DNA from: Syntrophaceae bacterium UBA6078
Lineage (GTDB): Bacteria; Desulfobacterota; Syntrophia; Syntrophales; UBA2210
DNA length: 64,000 nucleotides
NCBI GenBank assembly: GCA_002428735.1
Contig: DIXO01000044.1
Location: forward strand, 2,114 to 66,113
Direction of reading: 5' to 3'
Below, piece by piece: positions 20,440 through 30,157 of the stretch; the stretch's first letter is position 1, and each line of letters starts with the position of its first letter. The translations under genes and the position numbers were made by a program. The notes beneath the pieces are model-generated. The model did not search any database. It worked only from the letters and a program-made list of their open reading frames with translations, and was not told where the DNA came from.

Positions 20440-21854
20440 GACTCTCCGGCTATCCGTTTTATCCCGTCCCGTATCAAGGGAAAGTCCTCTTGTGCAATCG
20501 TTCGCAGGTCAAAAAGGACCCTGTCCTCGTAAATTCTTGCAATGATGGGAATTTCCAGCGTGCGCAACTTTCTCTCCAGCCTGCTCGCCGAGAGAGTCCG
20601 CGACTCCACCGCGATAACGGCGGTGGGGATCTCCTGCGTGGGAAGCGAACCGCCTCCGGCCATGGACGTGGCCTTCATCATGGAAAATTCCAGACCTTTC
20701 AGTGATAACTGTTTCAGGAGGGCGATCAGCTCATGAGCCCGTTTTTCGACCTCGGCCACCGGTTCGGTCAGCGCCCGGAGTACCGGTATGTCGGAAATCG
20801 CCCGACCGAGATCCAGATAATGGATCATGGTCGCCTCAAGGGCCGCCAAGGTTAATTTGTCTATCCGGAGGGCGCGATTGAGGGGGTTCTTCTTTATCTT
20901 CGCAAGGATCGCCCCCTTCCCCAGGATGACCCCGGCCTGCGGCCCTCCGAGAAGCTTGTCCCCGCTGAAGGTGACCACGTCCACCCCCGTCTTGACAACC
21001 TCCTGAACCGTCGGCTCCTTCTCGAAGCCATACATATCAAGCGGAACGAAGCAGCCGCTCCCCAGATCGTTCATCACCGGGACTCCCCTGTTGTTCCCCA
21101 GCGTCACCAGTTCTTCCAGACCAACCTCATTGGTGAATCCGAGCACCTTGAAGTTGCTCGTGTGCACCTTCAGAATCACTCCGGTAGTGCTTTCCACGGC
21201 ATTTTCGTAATCCGACAGATGGGTTCGGTTCGTTGTTCCCACCTCCCGGAGAACGGCGCCGCTTTTTCCCATCACCTCGGGGATGCGAAATTCCCCCCCG
21301 ATCTCAATCAATTCGCCCCGCGACACAATGGCCTCCTTCCCCTCGGACAGGGTGTTGAGGGCAAGGAGAACGGCGGCGGCGTTATTATTGACAATCAGGG
21401 CATCTTCGGCCCCCGATACGGAGCAGAGGAGTTCTCTCACGTGATCGTAGCGCACCCCCCGCTTCCCCGTGTCGAGATCGAATTCGAGATTTGAATATCC
21501 GGCGCTGACATCGATTATCCGTGCGAGGGCCTCAGCGCAGAGCGGGGCGCGCCCCAGGTTTGTGTGCAGGATTATGCCGGTCGCATTGACCACCCGGCGG
21601 AGGCTGGAGGTATACAGATCGAGAAGCCGTTTCCGTACCGCCTGCGCGGCCTCGGCTGCCGGCACAGGAAGAGGGTTTTTTCCTCCCTTTTTTGGATGCA
21701 GAATTTGCAGCCGCATCTCGTCGACCACTTGACGGCATTTCGCCACCACAATGTCCCGGGAGATCCCTTCACAGGAGCCGTCCTTTTCGAGAATGTGGAG
21801 CATATCGTCGATCTTCGGGAGATCTTTCAGCAGTTCTCTAGTTGCGTCATTCAT
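20436..21854 (-). CDS. selA: L-seryl-tRNA(Sec) selenium transferase
   Basis: The N-terminus MNDATRELLKDLPKIDDML aligns with the SelA N-terminal pattern. The PLP-lysine motif FSGDKLLGGPQAG is present. A GGAGG-type SD precedes the ATG at 21854. Confidence 0.9.
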   Translation of the reverse strand: MNDATRELLKDLPKIDDMLHILEKDGSCEGISRDIVVAKCRQVVDEMRLQILHPKKGGKNPLPVPAAEAAQAVRKRLLDLYTSSLRRVVNATGIILHTNLGRAPLCAEALARIIDVSAGYSNLEFDLDTGKRGVRYDHVRELLCSVSGAEDALIVNNNAAAVLLALNTLSEGKEAIVSRGELIEIGGEFRIPEVMGKSGAVLREVGTTNRTHLSDYENAVESTTGVILKVHTSNFKVLGFTNEVGLEELVTLGNNRGVPVMNDLGSGCFVPLDMYGFEKEPTVQEVVKTGVDVVTFSGDKLLGGPQAGVILGKGAILAKIKKNPLNRALRIDKLTLAALEATMIHYLDLGRAISDIPVLRALTEPVAEVEKRAHELIALLKQLSLKGLEFSMMKATSMAGGGSLPTQEIPTAVIAVESRTLSASRLERKLRTLEIPIIARIYEDRVLFDLRTIAQEDFPLIRDGIKRIAGES

Positions 21855-21940
21855 CCCGCTCCAAATCCTCCGCCTATCGGCAATCGGCACGTGTCAGACA
21901 TGAGTTTTAGGGGAAAAGGCCTGAAATTGCAAATGGGAAA

Positions 21941-23206
21941 TCACTGTCTCTTCAGACAGAAGTCCCTGAAGTTGTTGACCGCGGTGAAGAACTCCCGCAT
22001 CATGATGACCCAGTAGTATCTGCCGCGGTCTGTCAGAAACAGCGTGCCCTTGTTGTATCGCACCCCCCCGATCAGCATGAAGGCGAGGATCTCCTTCCAG
22101 AGATACCGCAAGGCCCGCCCCCGGTATTTCTCATTCAGAGACGCCATATCCATCTCCATGCCGAAGAGGCGCATGAGAAAATCATACCGGGCCTGCTGTG
22201 CGATTGAGAAGTCGCGCGACGCCATCAAGGGAAATTCTCCTCTGTCGAGGGTCTCGATGTAGCGGGGGATATCAAAGGTGTTCGCGTAGCACCTTCCCCC
22301 CATGTATCCGATCGAACCGCTCCCGAGACCCGCGTATTCGTCATAGTCCACAATGTATTCATCGACCATCGTTCCGCGCCGGGAAAAGCACCACGCCGAA
22401 GAGAACCGGTACGAAGGCGCCAGCCGTTCCGATATGATCCGGTACAGCGTTTTCTCTTTCCCGAAATCGACCCGCCCCATCGTCCCTTCCACCTTCCGGC
22501 GCGTGGAATCGGAAACCATGAGCGGATAATAGGTGATCTGATCCACCCCGGTGCCGATGAGGATGTCCAGATCCCTCTTCAGTATTTCCTCCGTCTGGAC
22601 CGGAAAATTGAAGATCATGTCCGCGTTCAGGGTATCGAACTGACCGGCCATCTCCGCGATCTTTCCGGCGATTACCTCGCCGCTCCCGTATTTTTCGTAT
22701 CGTCCCATGGCCTTGAGGAGTCCGTCATCGAAACTCTGCACCCCCACCGAGAGTCTGTTGACACCGCTTTTCTTCAGAACGTCGACGTTGTGCGGGGTCA
22801 GATGATTGGGGTTGGTTTCGACGGAGACCTCCCTGATGCTGAAACACTCTCTCGCCACTCCCAGGGTCCGTTGCAGTTCATCGATGAGAATCGTCGGTGT
22901 GCCGCCCCCCACATACACACCGGTAAAATTGTACCCCGCGTCCCGGTAGAGGCGAATCTCGGTTCGGAGGGCCTCATGGTACCGCCGGCAGAGCGGCGCG
23001 TCCAGCACCACCCGGTTGAAGGAACAATAGGGACAGAGGCTCTCGCAGAAAGGGATATGGAGATAGAGGAGCCGGTCCGCCCGTTCTCCTCCCCGTGGGA
23101 GCGACGCGCCCACCCCTTCTTCAAACCGCATGGCCCGGGAAAATTCCCGCTTTGTCACCGCTGTAATAAGCGCGCCGATCACTGGATGGGACTCTCCTTT
23201 CGCCAC
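21941..23206 (-). CDS. Radical SAM protein of the HemN/coproporphyrinogen-dehydrogenase-like family
   Basis: YLHIPFCESLCPYCSF (CxxxCxxC), VYVGGGTPT and the HemN-like C-terminal region are present. Length about 420 aa. Confidence 0.8.
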   Translation of the reverse strand: MAKGESHPVIGALITAVTKREFSRAMRFEEGVGASLPRGGERADRLLYLHIPFCESLCPYCSFNRVVLDAPLCRRYHEALRTEIRLYRDAGYNFTGVYVGGGTPTILIDELQRTLGVARECFSIREVSVETNPNHLTPHNVDVLKKSGVNRLSVGVQSFDDGLLKAMGRYEKYGSGEVIAGKIAEMAGQFDTLNADMIFNFPVQTEEILKRDLDILIGTGVDQITYYPLMVSDSTRRKVEGTMGRVDFGKEKTLYRIISERLAPSYRFSSAWCFSRRGTMVDEYIVDYDEYAGLGSGSIGYMGGRCYANTFDIPRYIETLDRGEFPLMASRDFSIAQQARYDFLMRLFGMEMDMASLNEKYRGRALRYLWKEILAFMLIGGVRYNKGTLFLTDRGRYYWVIMMREFFTAVNNFRDFCLKRQ

Positions 23207-23318
23207 TATGGCTTGTGGACTATCAGGGTTTCAATATTATTGCAACAGCGTTGAAATAACAGCCTCATGGTGCTATAGAAGCGACATACCACGAACGGAA
23301 AGGCCCCGACGGAGAACG

Positions 23319-23876
23319 ATGAAAACCTGGAAATTGTGGGAAAACGAGCGGATCAACGAAGAGGAAACGCGGCTTCTGCGGAGACGCGCCGATGAAATCC
23401 CTGTTCCCTTTGACGATGAGGGAAAGCGTGACATAGAAACACTGATCGATGCCTTCGTCGGCCGGGATGACGCCGCGGGTCTTGCCGCTCCCCAGATAGG
23501 AATCAGCAAGCGCGTGGTGGTCTTCAAGAACGGGCAATTCAATGAGAGAGGTCCTCTTCAGAAGGGAGGCGGCCAGTATGATGTTCTGGTAAATCCGCGA
23601 ATCACGCAGATACGGGGAGACACGGAAAAGGGGCAGGAAGGATGCCTGTCATGTCCCGACATCAGCGCCGATGTGGTGAGGGCGACTTCCATTAAAGTGA
23701 AGGCCTACGACGAAAAGGGGAACAAGATCAACCGGCGCTACACGGGATTTCTTGCCCGCGTTGTCCAGCACGAACTCGACCACCTCGACGGGAAGCTCAT
23801 TGTGGATCGAGGCACGGCCATATATTTTCCAAAAGAGAAGGCCCCCTTTTTCGACAAGATATTCAAGGACGCGTAA
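23319..23876 (+). CDS. def: Peptide deformylase
   Basis: Three Def motifs: GLAAPQIG, EGCLSCP, HELDHLDG. I used the ATG at 23319 (GGAGA SD); the listed start at 23130 overlaps the divergent radical-SAM gene. Confidence 0.9.
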   Translation: MKTWKLWENERINEEETRLLRRRADEIPVPFDDEGKRDIETLIDAFVGRDDAAGLAAPQIGISKRVVVFKNGQFNERGPLQKGGGQYDVLVNPRITQIRGDTEKGQEGCLSCPDISADVVRATSIKVKAYDEKGNKINRRYTGFLARVVQHELDHLDGKLIVDRGTAIYFPKEKAPFFDKIFKDA

Positions 23877-23968
23877 TTCACCCCGGAACAAAGGCCGGGG
23901 AGTCAGATCGAGACCGGAAGGCGCAAAAAAAGCATCTGCACGCATTCAATATTTCAAAGAGAGTTTTC

Positions 23969-25171
23969 ATGCCACTGACCACATCTCATCTTGAAGGATA
24001 CGCCGACGCCCTGATATGGGGGCTTCTAAAGTCCCGAACGGCCCGGTTCAGGCGGGGGGACATCATCCTGATCCGGTACGATTCACCCGCCGCGGGCCTC
24101 CTCGAAATTCTCTATGACAAGCTCCTGGATCGCGGCATGCATGTCATCCCCCGCGCGGGACTGAGCGCACGGATGGAACGATCCTTCTTCGAAAAAGCGA
24201 ACGGTCGGCAGCTCGTGTTTCTCCCCCCCGGCGAACGAGAATTGTACGAGGCGCTGAGCGGGAGCATCTATCTCCACGCCCCCGAATCCCTGACCCACCT
24301 GAAAGATGCGGACCCAAAAAAAATAGCCGGATCGGTGATCGCGCGAAAGGCGCTGCGCGAGATCCTGGACCGGAGAGAAGCGGCGGGGCGATTCGGCTGG
24401 ACCCTCTGCACCTTTCCCACGATTGAACTGGCCCGGAACGCGCGCCTTACCATCGAGGAATATACGGATCAGATCATCAAGGGCTGTTTCCTGGACAGCG
24501 ACAGCCCCGCGTCCCGATGGGAGAACGTGTTCCGGCAGGCGGGGGCGATCAAGAAATGGCTGAACGGCATGGACGTCTCATATTACCATGTAGAGTCGGA
24601 CAACGTGGACCTGCGGATACGACCGGGGAAACGGAGACGGTGGATAGGCGTTTCCGGCCACAACATTCCCAGCTTTGAGCTGTTTCTCTCTCCCGACTGG
24701 CGGGGAACCGAGGGGCGTTATTTCGCCAACCAGCCTTCATTCAGAAGCGGAAACTACGTGGAGGGGATCAGGCTCCTTTTTGAGAAGGGGCGCGCCGTAA
24801 AGGTCGAAGCCGCTTCAGGCGAAGACTTCGCGGCGGGTCAGCTTTCCATGGACCGGGGGGCCGGCCGGGTGGGTGAATTTTCTCTTACCGACAGACGTTT
24901 TTCCCGGATCGACCGGTTCATGGCGGACACCCTTTTCGACGAGAATTATGGAGGGCAGTGGGGGAACTGCCACATAGCCCTGGGGGCGTCCTATGCGGAT
25001 ACCTACGACGGCGACCCGACCGAACTGACAAAAGAAATGAAACGGAATCTCGGATTCAATGATTCCGCGCTGCACTGGGACCTGGTAAACACGGAGCGAA
25101 AGGTTGTGCGAGCCCGCCTGTCAACCGGGGAAATCATAACAATCTTTGAAAATGGCGTCTTCTGCCGATAA
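23969..25171 (+). CDS. Aminopeptidase, M29 (AmpS/PepS-like) family
   Basis: 400 aa. The overall pattern, including ...EFSLTD...LFDENYGGQWGNCHIALGASY..., is typical of thermophilic-metalloprotease M29 proteins. Confidence 0.7.
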   Translation: MPLTTSHLEGYADALIWGLLKSRTARFRRGDIILIRYDSPAAGLLEILYDKLLDRGMHVIPRAGLSARMERSFFEKANGRQLVFLPPGERELYEALSGSIYLHAPESLTHLKDADPKKIAGSVIARKALREILDRREAAGRFGWTLCTFPTIELARNARLTIEEYTDQIIKGCFLDSDSPASRWENVFRQAGAIKKWLNGMDVSYYHVESDNVDLRIRPGKRRRWIGVSGHNIPSFELFLSPDWRGTEGRYFANQPSFRSGNYVEGIRLLFEKGRAVKVEAASGEDFAAGQLSMDRGAGRVGEFSLTDRRFSRIDRFMADTLFDENYGGQWGNCHIALGASYADTYDGDPTELTKEMKRNLGFNDSALHWDLVNTERKVVRARLSTGEIITIFENGVFCR

Positions 25172-25181
25172 GGTGACCATC

Positions 25182-26189
25182 ATGGCGAAAATGAACAATA
25201 ACACGGAAGGGGAGAATATGAGCCGAGAGAGAACAACTCCCAAGGAGGAGCAGATGCTTCGGGAGGTAGTGGACAGCTCTCCCATACCCATGTTCGTTAT
25301 TGACAAAGACCACACGGTTATCGGCTGGAACAGAGCTCTGGAGGCGATGAGCGGCATCCCGGCCCAGGAGATCATCGGCACGCGGGATCACTGGAAGGCT
25401 TTTTACTACCAGCCCCGGCCCACCATCGCCGATCTGATTGTGGATGGGCTCCAGAACGATATTCGGCGCTGGTACCAGGGAAAATACAAGCGATCCAAGT
25501 TTGTGGAGGATGCCTACGAGGTAACCGATTTTTTCACCATCCTTGACGGAAAGGCTCGGTGGCTCCGGTTTACCGCATCCCCCTTGAAAGATGCCGAGGG
25601 TTGTCTCAGCGGAGCTGTGGAGACCCTTGAGGATATCACAGACCGCAAGCTCGCAGAAGAGGCGCTACGGGAGAGCGAAACTCGATACCGAACCCTGAGC
25701 GTCACCGATTCTCTGACCGAACTGTATAATTCGCGTCGATTCTACGAGGAACTGCAAGTGGAGGTTGAACGGGCCGAGCGATACGGACACCCCCTCTCCC
25801 TTCTCCTCCTGGATATCGACAATTTCAAGCACTTCAACGACACATACGGGCACCTGGAAGGGGATGAGGTCCTGATCAGGCTGGGACAGGTCGTCCAGAG
25901 ATGCCTGAGAAAAACGGATTCCGCGTACCGGTTCGGCGGAGAGGAGTTTACCATTATCCTGCCGGATACGGCCGGTGACGCAGCAACAGTACTTGCCGAA
26001 CGGATACGGGAAGAGTTCGCGAACGAGAAGTTTCAACCCGCGGACAGTCCCGAACCAGCACGTGAAACGGTGAGTATCGGAGTGGCCCAGTATCGGCCCG
26101 AGGAAGAGGCGCGCGCCTTCATTAAACGGGCGGACCACAACATGTACGGGGCCAAGGAACAGGGGAAAAACAGGATCTGCTACCAGTGA
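25182..26189 (+). CDS. PAS-domain diguanylate cyclase (GGDEF)
   Basis: A PAS region (MFVIDKDHTVIGWNRALEAMSG) is followed by a GGDEF domain with an intact GGEEF active site and RxxD-like upstream residues. Confidence 0.85.
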   Translation: MAKMNNNTEGENMSRERTTPKEEQMLREVVDSSPIPMFVIDKDHTVIGWNRALEAMSGIPAQEIIGTRDHWKAFYYQPRPTIADLIVDGLQNDIRRWYQGKYKRSKFVEDAYEVTDFFTILDGKARWLRFTASPLKDAEGCLSGAVETLEDITDRKLAEEALRESETRYRTLSVTDSLTELYNSRRFYEELQVEVERAERYGHPLSLLLLDIDNFKHFNDTYGHLEGDEVLIRLGQVVQRCLRKTDSAYRFGGEEFTIILPDTAGDAATVLAERIREEFANEKFQPADSPEPARETVSIGVAQYRPEEEARAFIKRADHNMYGAKEQGKNRICYQ

Positions 26190-26303
26190 CCTGCACGGTC
26201 TTCCCACAGGTGCGCCTCCTTCGACAAAACCCTTGACATGACAGTGCACAGGCGATATCACCCCTGCCGGCTGCGCCCAGGGGGTGCTGTTCCAGGAGGT
26301 CGT

Positions 26304-27602
26304 ATGTCTTTTATGCTGGGTATCCCGGCCATCGTGAGGATCCTGATCGTATTCATCTGCGTTCTCCTGGCAATCAGGAAAAAGGTCTCGCTGGGAAACG
26401 CCTTCGTCTTGGGGGCACTTCTGATCGGGTTCTTCTTCGGCCTGGGAATCCGGCAGATGGTTTCCTCGGCCACCGCTTCAGTCATGATGCCCAAGACCCT
26501 GTCCCTCGCCGTGGTCGTCACCCTCATCCTTATCCTCAGCAGCAGCATGGAGACCGGAGGCAACATGGAGCGGCTCGTCAGGAATTTTCGCGGCCTCGTG
26601 GCAAACCCGCGTCTGAACCTCGCCATCTTTCCGGCGCTGATCGGCCTGCTTCCCATGCCCGGCGGGGCAATTTTCTCCGCCCCCATGGTCAAAGAACTGG
26701 GAAATCAGAGCGGCCTGAGTCCGGAGCAGCTCAGCTTCATCAATTACTGGTACCGCCATATCTGGGAATACTGGTGGCCACTCTATCCCGGAGTCCTCCT
26801 TGCGGTTACCCTGGCCGGAACCGGTCTCTGGACCGTCGTTCTGGTCATGTGGCCACTTACCATCATAACCATTTCCCTCGGCTCTCTCTCCATCAGGGGA
26901 GCCGATCTGACACGGGCCGCCGGTAATCGTGACAGGACACGTCCCGTCACGCCCTTTTTGAGGGAACTTGTTCCCATACTCATAGTGATTTGCGTGGGAC
27001 TCGGCATGGGCGTGCTCCTCGCGGTCATATTCCCCGGACTCGGCATAGCCAAGGAAATCGGACTGATCATTGCCCTGATCCTGTCAATCGGGCATGTCTG
27101 GATCCGGAGCGAAATGACCACCGGCAAGATCCGTGCAATCCTCGTCTCGCCCCACATCCTGAAGATGTTCTACATGGTGATTGCCATACTGATCTTCAAG
27201 GGAATGCTTGAAGACAGCCGCGCCGTAGCCGCCATCAGCGCGGAATTTATGGCGCTGTCTGTCCCTCTCGTTCTCATCGTGGTCGTTCTTCCCCTGATCG
27301 TGGGAGGGGTCACGGGAATCACCATCGCTTTCGTGGGGAGCACCTTCCCCATTATCATCCCCCTGATCCATACCATGGGTGAGGCATCCTTCATGCTGGC
27401 CTATGTGGCGCTTGCTATGGTGAGCGGTGTCTTAGGGGTGCTCATTTCGCCCCTCCATCTCTGCCTGCTCCTTTCCAATCAACACTTCGGTGCCGCCTTC
27501 GGCCCCGTGTACCGCCATCTTCTCCTGCCCTGCGCGGTCCTTCTGGCCACCGCCCTTGCCTACTTTTTCTTTCTCCATTGGCTCTTGGCTCGGATGTTGT
27601 GA
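26304..27602 (+). CDS. Polytopic membrane protein, DUF401-like putative transporter
   Basis: About 430 aa with 10 or more hydrophobic spans. CAGGAGG SD precedes the ATG at 26304. The family assignment is by overall resemblance only. Confidence 0.55.
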   Translation: MSFMLGIPAIVRILIVFICVLLAIRKKVSLGNAFVLGALLIGFFFGLGIRQMVSSATASVMMPKTLSLAVVVTLILILSSSMETGGNMERLVRNFRGLVANPRLNLAIFPALIGLLPMPGGAIFSAPMVKELGNQSGLSPEQLSFINYWYRHIWEYWWPLYPGVLLAVTLAGTGLWTVVLVMWPLTIITISLGSLSIRGADLTRAAGNRDRTRPVTPFLRELVPILIVICVGLGMGVLLAVIFPGLGIAKEIGLIIALILSIGHVWIRSEMTTGKIRAILVSPHILKMFYMVIAILIFKGMLEDSRAVAAISAEFMALSVPLVLIVVVLPLIVGGVTGITIAFVGSTFPIIIPLIHTMGEASFMLAYVALAMVSGVLGVLISPLHLCLLLSNQHFGAAFGPVYRHLLLPCAVLLATALAYFFFLHWLLARML

Positions 27603-27714
27603 GCCGCCCGATCTCATTCCTTTTTCTGTTTGACAATTCCGGAACGATGCCTATCGTATAATCGTGTATTGACGATAAGCACTATCTGTGGTAGGAAGCC
27701 GCGCGGACATGAGG

Positions 27715-27743
27715 GAAAAAGAACGGAACACGCGTTCTTTTCT
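27715..27743 (+). terminator. Intrinsic terminator-like hairpin
   Basis: AAAAAGAACG-GAACACG-CGTTCTTTTCT: a 6-bp stem (longer if the A/U flanks pair) followed by a T-run. It lies about 115 nt after the DUF401-like gene and 40 nt before arsR. Confidence 0.5.
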
Positions 27744-27784
27744 GTATATGGGAGCTAAAACCGCTCAGGGGATGTGAACGAACG

Positions 27785-28150
27785 ATGGTGACGGATGGTT
27801 GCGCGGGAGGACCTCACGCTGTATATATCGAAACGCTCGACACGACGGACCTTGAAACGTGCAAAAAGATTCTGGCACGGCTTGCAAAGGGACTTTCCCA
27901 CCCTGCCAGGATTGAAATTATCCGAATGCTGTGCAATAAACCCCCCGACCAGGAGTTCATCTGCTCGGATATCGTCAGGGCCCTTCCCCTGGCGCAGGCG
28001 AGTGTCTCTCAGCATTTGAAGATACTCAGGGAAACGGGCTGGATTTACGGTGAAATCGACGGCCCCCGGGTCGTATGCCGTCTTGTGGAAAACATTATGG
28101 CATTTTATCAACAGCTCATGAGAAAAGTAACGCATGAGCAACACACATAA
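27785..28150 (+). CDS. ArsR/SmtB family metalloregulator
   Basis: The winged-HTH pattern LSHPARIEIIRML...SDIVRALPLAQASVSQHLKILRETGW is present. Confidence 0.8.
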   Translation: MVTDGCAGGPHAVYIETLDTTDLETCKKILARLAKGLSHPARIEIIRMLCNKPPDQEFICSDIVRALPLAQASVSQHLKILRETGWIYGEIDGPRVVCRLVENIMAFYQQLMRKVTHEQHT

Positions 28151-28164
28151 AAAGGAGAAAAAGC

Positions 28165-28485
28165 ATGTTTGCAGTTTCGGAAAAGGCGCAGGAGATGATC
28201 AAGAAGGTTCTCGAATCGAGAGACGACAACCTCCCGGTTCGGTTGATATATGCCGGAGGCGGGTGATCGGGCCCCTCACTGGCAATGTCTCTGGATGAGG
28301 CAAAAGAAGGCGACAAGACGTTTCAGGAAGATGGCATCACCTTTGTCATCGAGGAATCGCTGTTTGAGCAGGCGAAACCGATCAACATAGATTTTATTGA
28401 TTCGGCCAGTGGGTCCGGTTTTTCCATTACCTCGAACCTGTCCCTCGGCGCCGCCTGCGGCACCTGCGGCGGAGGATGCGGTTGA
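28165..28485 (+). CDS. IscA/HesB-like selenoprotein (in-frame UGA at 28264..28266 read as Sec)
   Basis: AAAGGAG SD (28151..28157) precedes the ATG at 28165. The frame is open except for one TGA. The joined product ...VRLIYAGGG-U-SGPSLAMSLDE...GFSITSNL...CGTCGGGCG aligns with IscA (...[14 protein letters not shown]...), with U at the conserved Cys. The track shows only the 3' piece (28285..28485). Confidence 0.75.
28274..28300 (+). promoter_or_regulatory. Candidate SECIS stem-loop
   Basis: CCUCA-CUGG [CAAUGUCU] CUGG-A-UGAGG: 5 + 4 bp (two G-U pairs) with a bulged A, and an 8-nt loop containing GU. It starts 10 nt after the U of the UGA. Confidence 0.35.
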
Positions 28486-28492
28486 TTCAATC

Positions 28493-28816
28493 ATGGCTGA
28501 AGCGGGCCAATACTGCGTCATACTGACCACATGCCCGGACCGCGAAGAAGGGGAACGGCTTGCCCGTCTGCTCGTTGAGTCCAGGCTGGCGGCCTGTGTG
28601 CAGATAACGGGTGTCACCAGTTTTTACGAGTGGGACGGCGCCCTCAACAGGGACGACGAACAGTTGCTGTTGATCAAGGCGCCGTCTTCTTCGTACGGGG
28701 AGATTGAAACGGTCATTTCCCAAAATCACCGCTATGCTGTACCGGAGATAATCAGGATTCCGGTAACGGCCGGTAGTGAACAATACCTGCGGTGGATCGA
28801 CACCGTCACAAAGTAA
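28493..28816 (+). CDS. cutA: Divalent-cation tolerance protein CutA
   Basis: CVILTTCPDREEGERLARLLVESRLAACVQI...SFYEWDG...EQLLLIKA...YAVPEII is the classic CutA1 pattern. I used the ATG at 28493; the listed earlier start overlaps the hesB-like gene. Confidence 0.85.
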   Translation: MAEAGQYCVILTTCPDREEGERLARLLVESRLAACVQITGVTSFYEWDGALNRDDEQLLLIKAPSSSYGEIETVISQNHRYAVPEIIRIPVTAGSEQYLRWIDTVTK

Positions 28817-28846
28817 CGGCATATGTCAGGGGTCTGGTTTCGCCTG

Positions 28847-29002
28847 CTACCACGGCATGTACTGATGGAACAGACAAAGGCCCGCTACGGTGACCGCCAG
28901 GATGATGACGCCGGCATAGAATATTTTCAGGTAGGAATCCTCCCTGGCGGCGTATTCATCCCAGTCGGTTTTCTCAAGGTTATGTCTGAATTTGCTTAAC
29001 AT
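28847..29002 (-). CDS. Possible 51-aa single-pass membrane protein
   Basis: Below the track's size cutoff. Translation: MLSKFRHNLEKTDWDEYAAREDSYLKIFYAGVIILAVTVAGLCLFHQYMPW. Weak GAGG SD. No family recognised. Confidence 0.25.
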   Translation of the reverse strand: MLSKFRHNLEKTDWDEYAAREDSYLKIFYAGVIILAVTVAGLCLFHQYMPW

Positions 29003-29249
29003 GTTCCTCTGTACTCACCACTCGTATGATACCTGCCGGACGCAACAGCACACAGGAAAACCCCCCGTGCTATTACAATCGGCACAGCCAGCCATGGTCT
29101 TGAATGATATCTTCACCGATCGATCTGTTGAGATTGCCGATGCCAGGCACGCTTTTTTCAGGCATTTGAGATTACTAATGAATCAGTCACTGTCCCCATA
29201 AACGGATAATCGGAAATACCCTCATGACCCGGCAGGTACAGACGCCCCG

Positions 29250-30086
29250 ATGAAACCACATCCTTCCCGAATTGTTGATTTCCACGTGCACCTCTTTCCC
29301 GACAAGGGGTTCGATGCTGTCTGGAACTTCTTCGCCTCGTCGGGGACGGATGTGGTGTATAAGTATTACAGCGGGGAGTGTGTCAAATATTTGAACGGGC
29401 GGGGTGTCTCACCCATTGTCTTCTCAAATTACGCGCACAAAAAAGGGATCGCGGAGCCAATGAACGAGTGGAACATCGCCCTCCTCGAGCAATTTTCCGA
29501 TCTTTACTGCTTCGCCGCCTACCACCCCGATGACGGCAACGCCCTACAGTACGCGGAACGGATGATAGCGCATCCCCGTGTCGTCGGCGTCAAGATGCAT
29601 TTTCACGTTCAGAGGCTGTATCCCCACGACCAGCGCCTGTTTCCTCTGTACGAAATGATTCGTGAGAAAGGGAAACGCCTGCTCCTCCATGTGGGGAACG
29701 GACCACGCACGAACCAGTTCGTGGGTATGGGCCACTTCAGAAGGGTCCTCGAACGCTTTCCGGACCTCCCGGTCACTGTCCCCCACATGGGAGGGCTCGA
29801 ATTCGCAGAGTGTATGGACCTCCTGGACGATCATCCCGGGATCTATCTCGATACCGCCTACAGCTTCTGGCCCGGCCTCCCCTTCACCTTCAACCTCGAG
29901 ACGGAATACCTGGAGCGATACAGGGACCGTATCCTCTACGGATCGGATTTCCCCAACATGATACTCCCCCGTGAGAGGGAGATCGACTATCTTTTGGGTC
30001 TTGATCTTTCAGACGATTTCTACGATAACATGTTTTACGCAAACGGCATGAGACTGCTTGCCGAGACCTGCCCGGCGGCTCGATAA
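29250..30086 (+). CDS. Amidohydrolase-family metal-dependent hydrolase (TIM barrel)
   Basis: The N-terminal IVDFHVHLFP metal-binding HxH motif is present, along with a later HVG...PHMGG and a C-terminal YGSDFP (Asp ligand). Confidence 0.7.
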   Translation: MKPHPSRIVDFHVHLFPDKGFDAVWNFFASSGTDVVYKYYSGECVKYLNGRGVSPIVFSNYAHKKGIAEPMNEWNIALLEQFSDLYCFAAYHPDDGNALQYAERMIAHPRVVGVKMHFHVQRLYPHDQRLFPLYEMIREKGKRLLLHVGNGPRTNQFVGMGHFRRVLERFPDLPVTVPHMGGLEFAECMDLLDDHPGIYLDTAYSFWPGLPFTFNLETEYLERYRDRILYGSDFPNMILPREREIDYLLGLDLSDDFYDNMFYANGMRLLAETCPAAR

Positions 30087-30157
30087 CCGGGTGCCAGCGA
30101 TGAGTGTCTGATGTTGAGATCCGCCGCAACATTTCTCAGGATGAAAGGAGAAACGAC

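Noticed and set aside
27630-27697. Promoter-like hexamers upstream of arsR (TTGACA...TATAAT and TTGACG...TAGGAA)
   Set aside because: The first pair is 21 nt apart, which is too far. The second has a poor -10. I cannot support a promoter call or the idea of a promoter-terminator sRNA unit here.
28992-29201. 69-aa plus-strand ORF upstream of the amidohydrolase gene
   Set aside because: It has no SD and no motif, its composition is unlike its neighbours, and it partly overlaps the possible 51-aa minus-strand ORF. It is probably non-coding.
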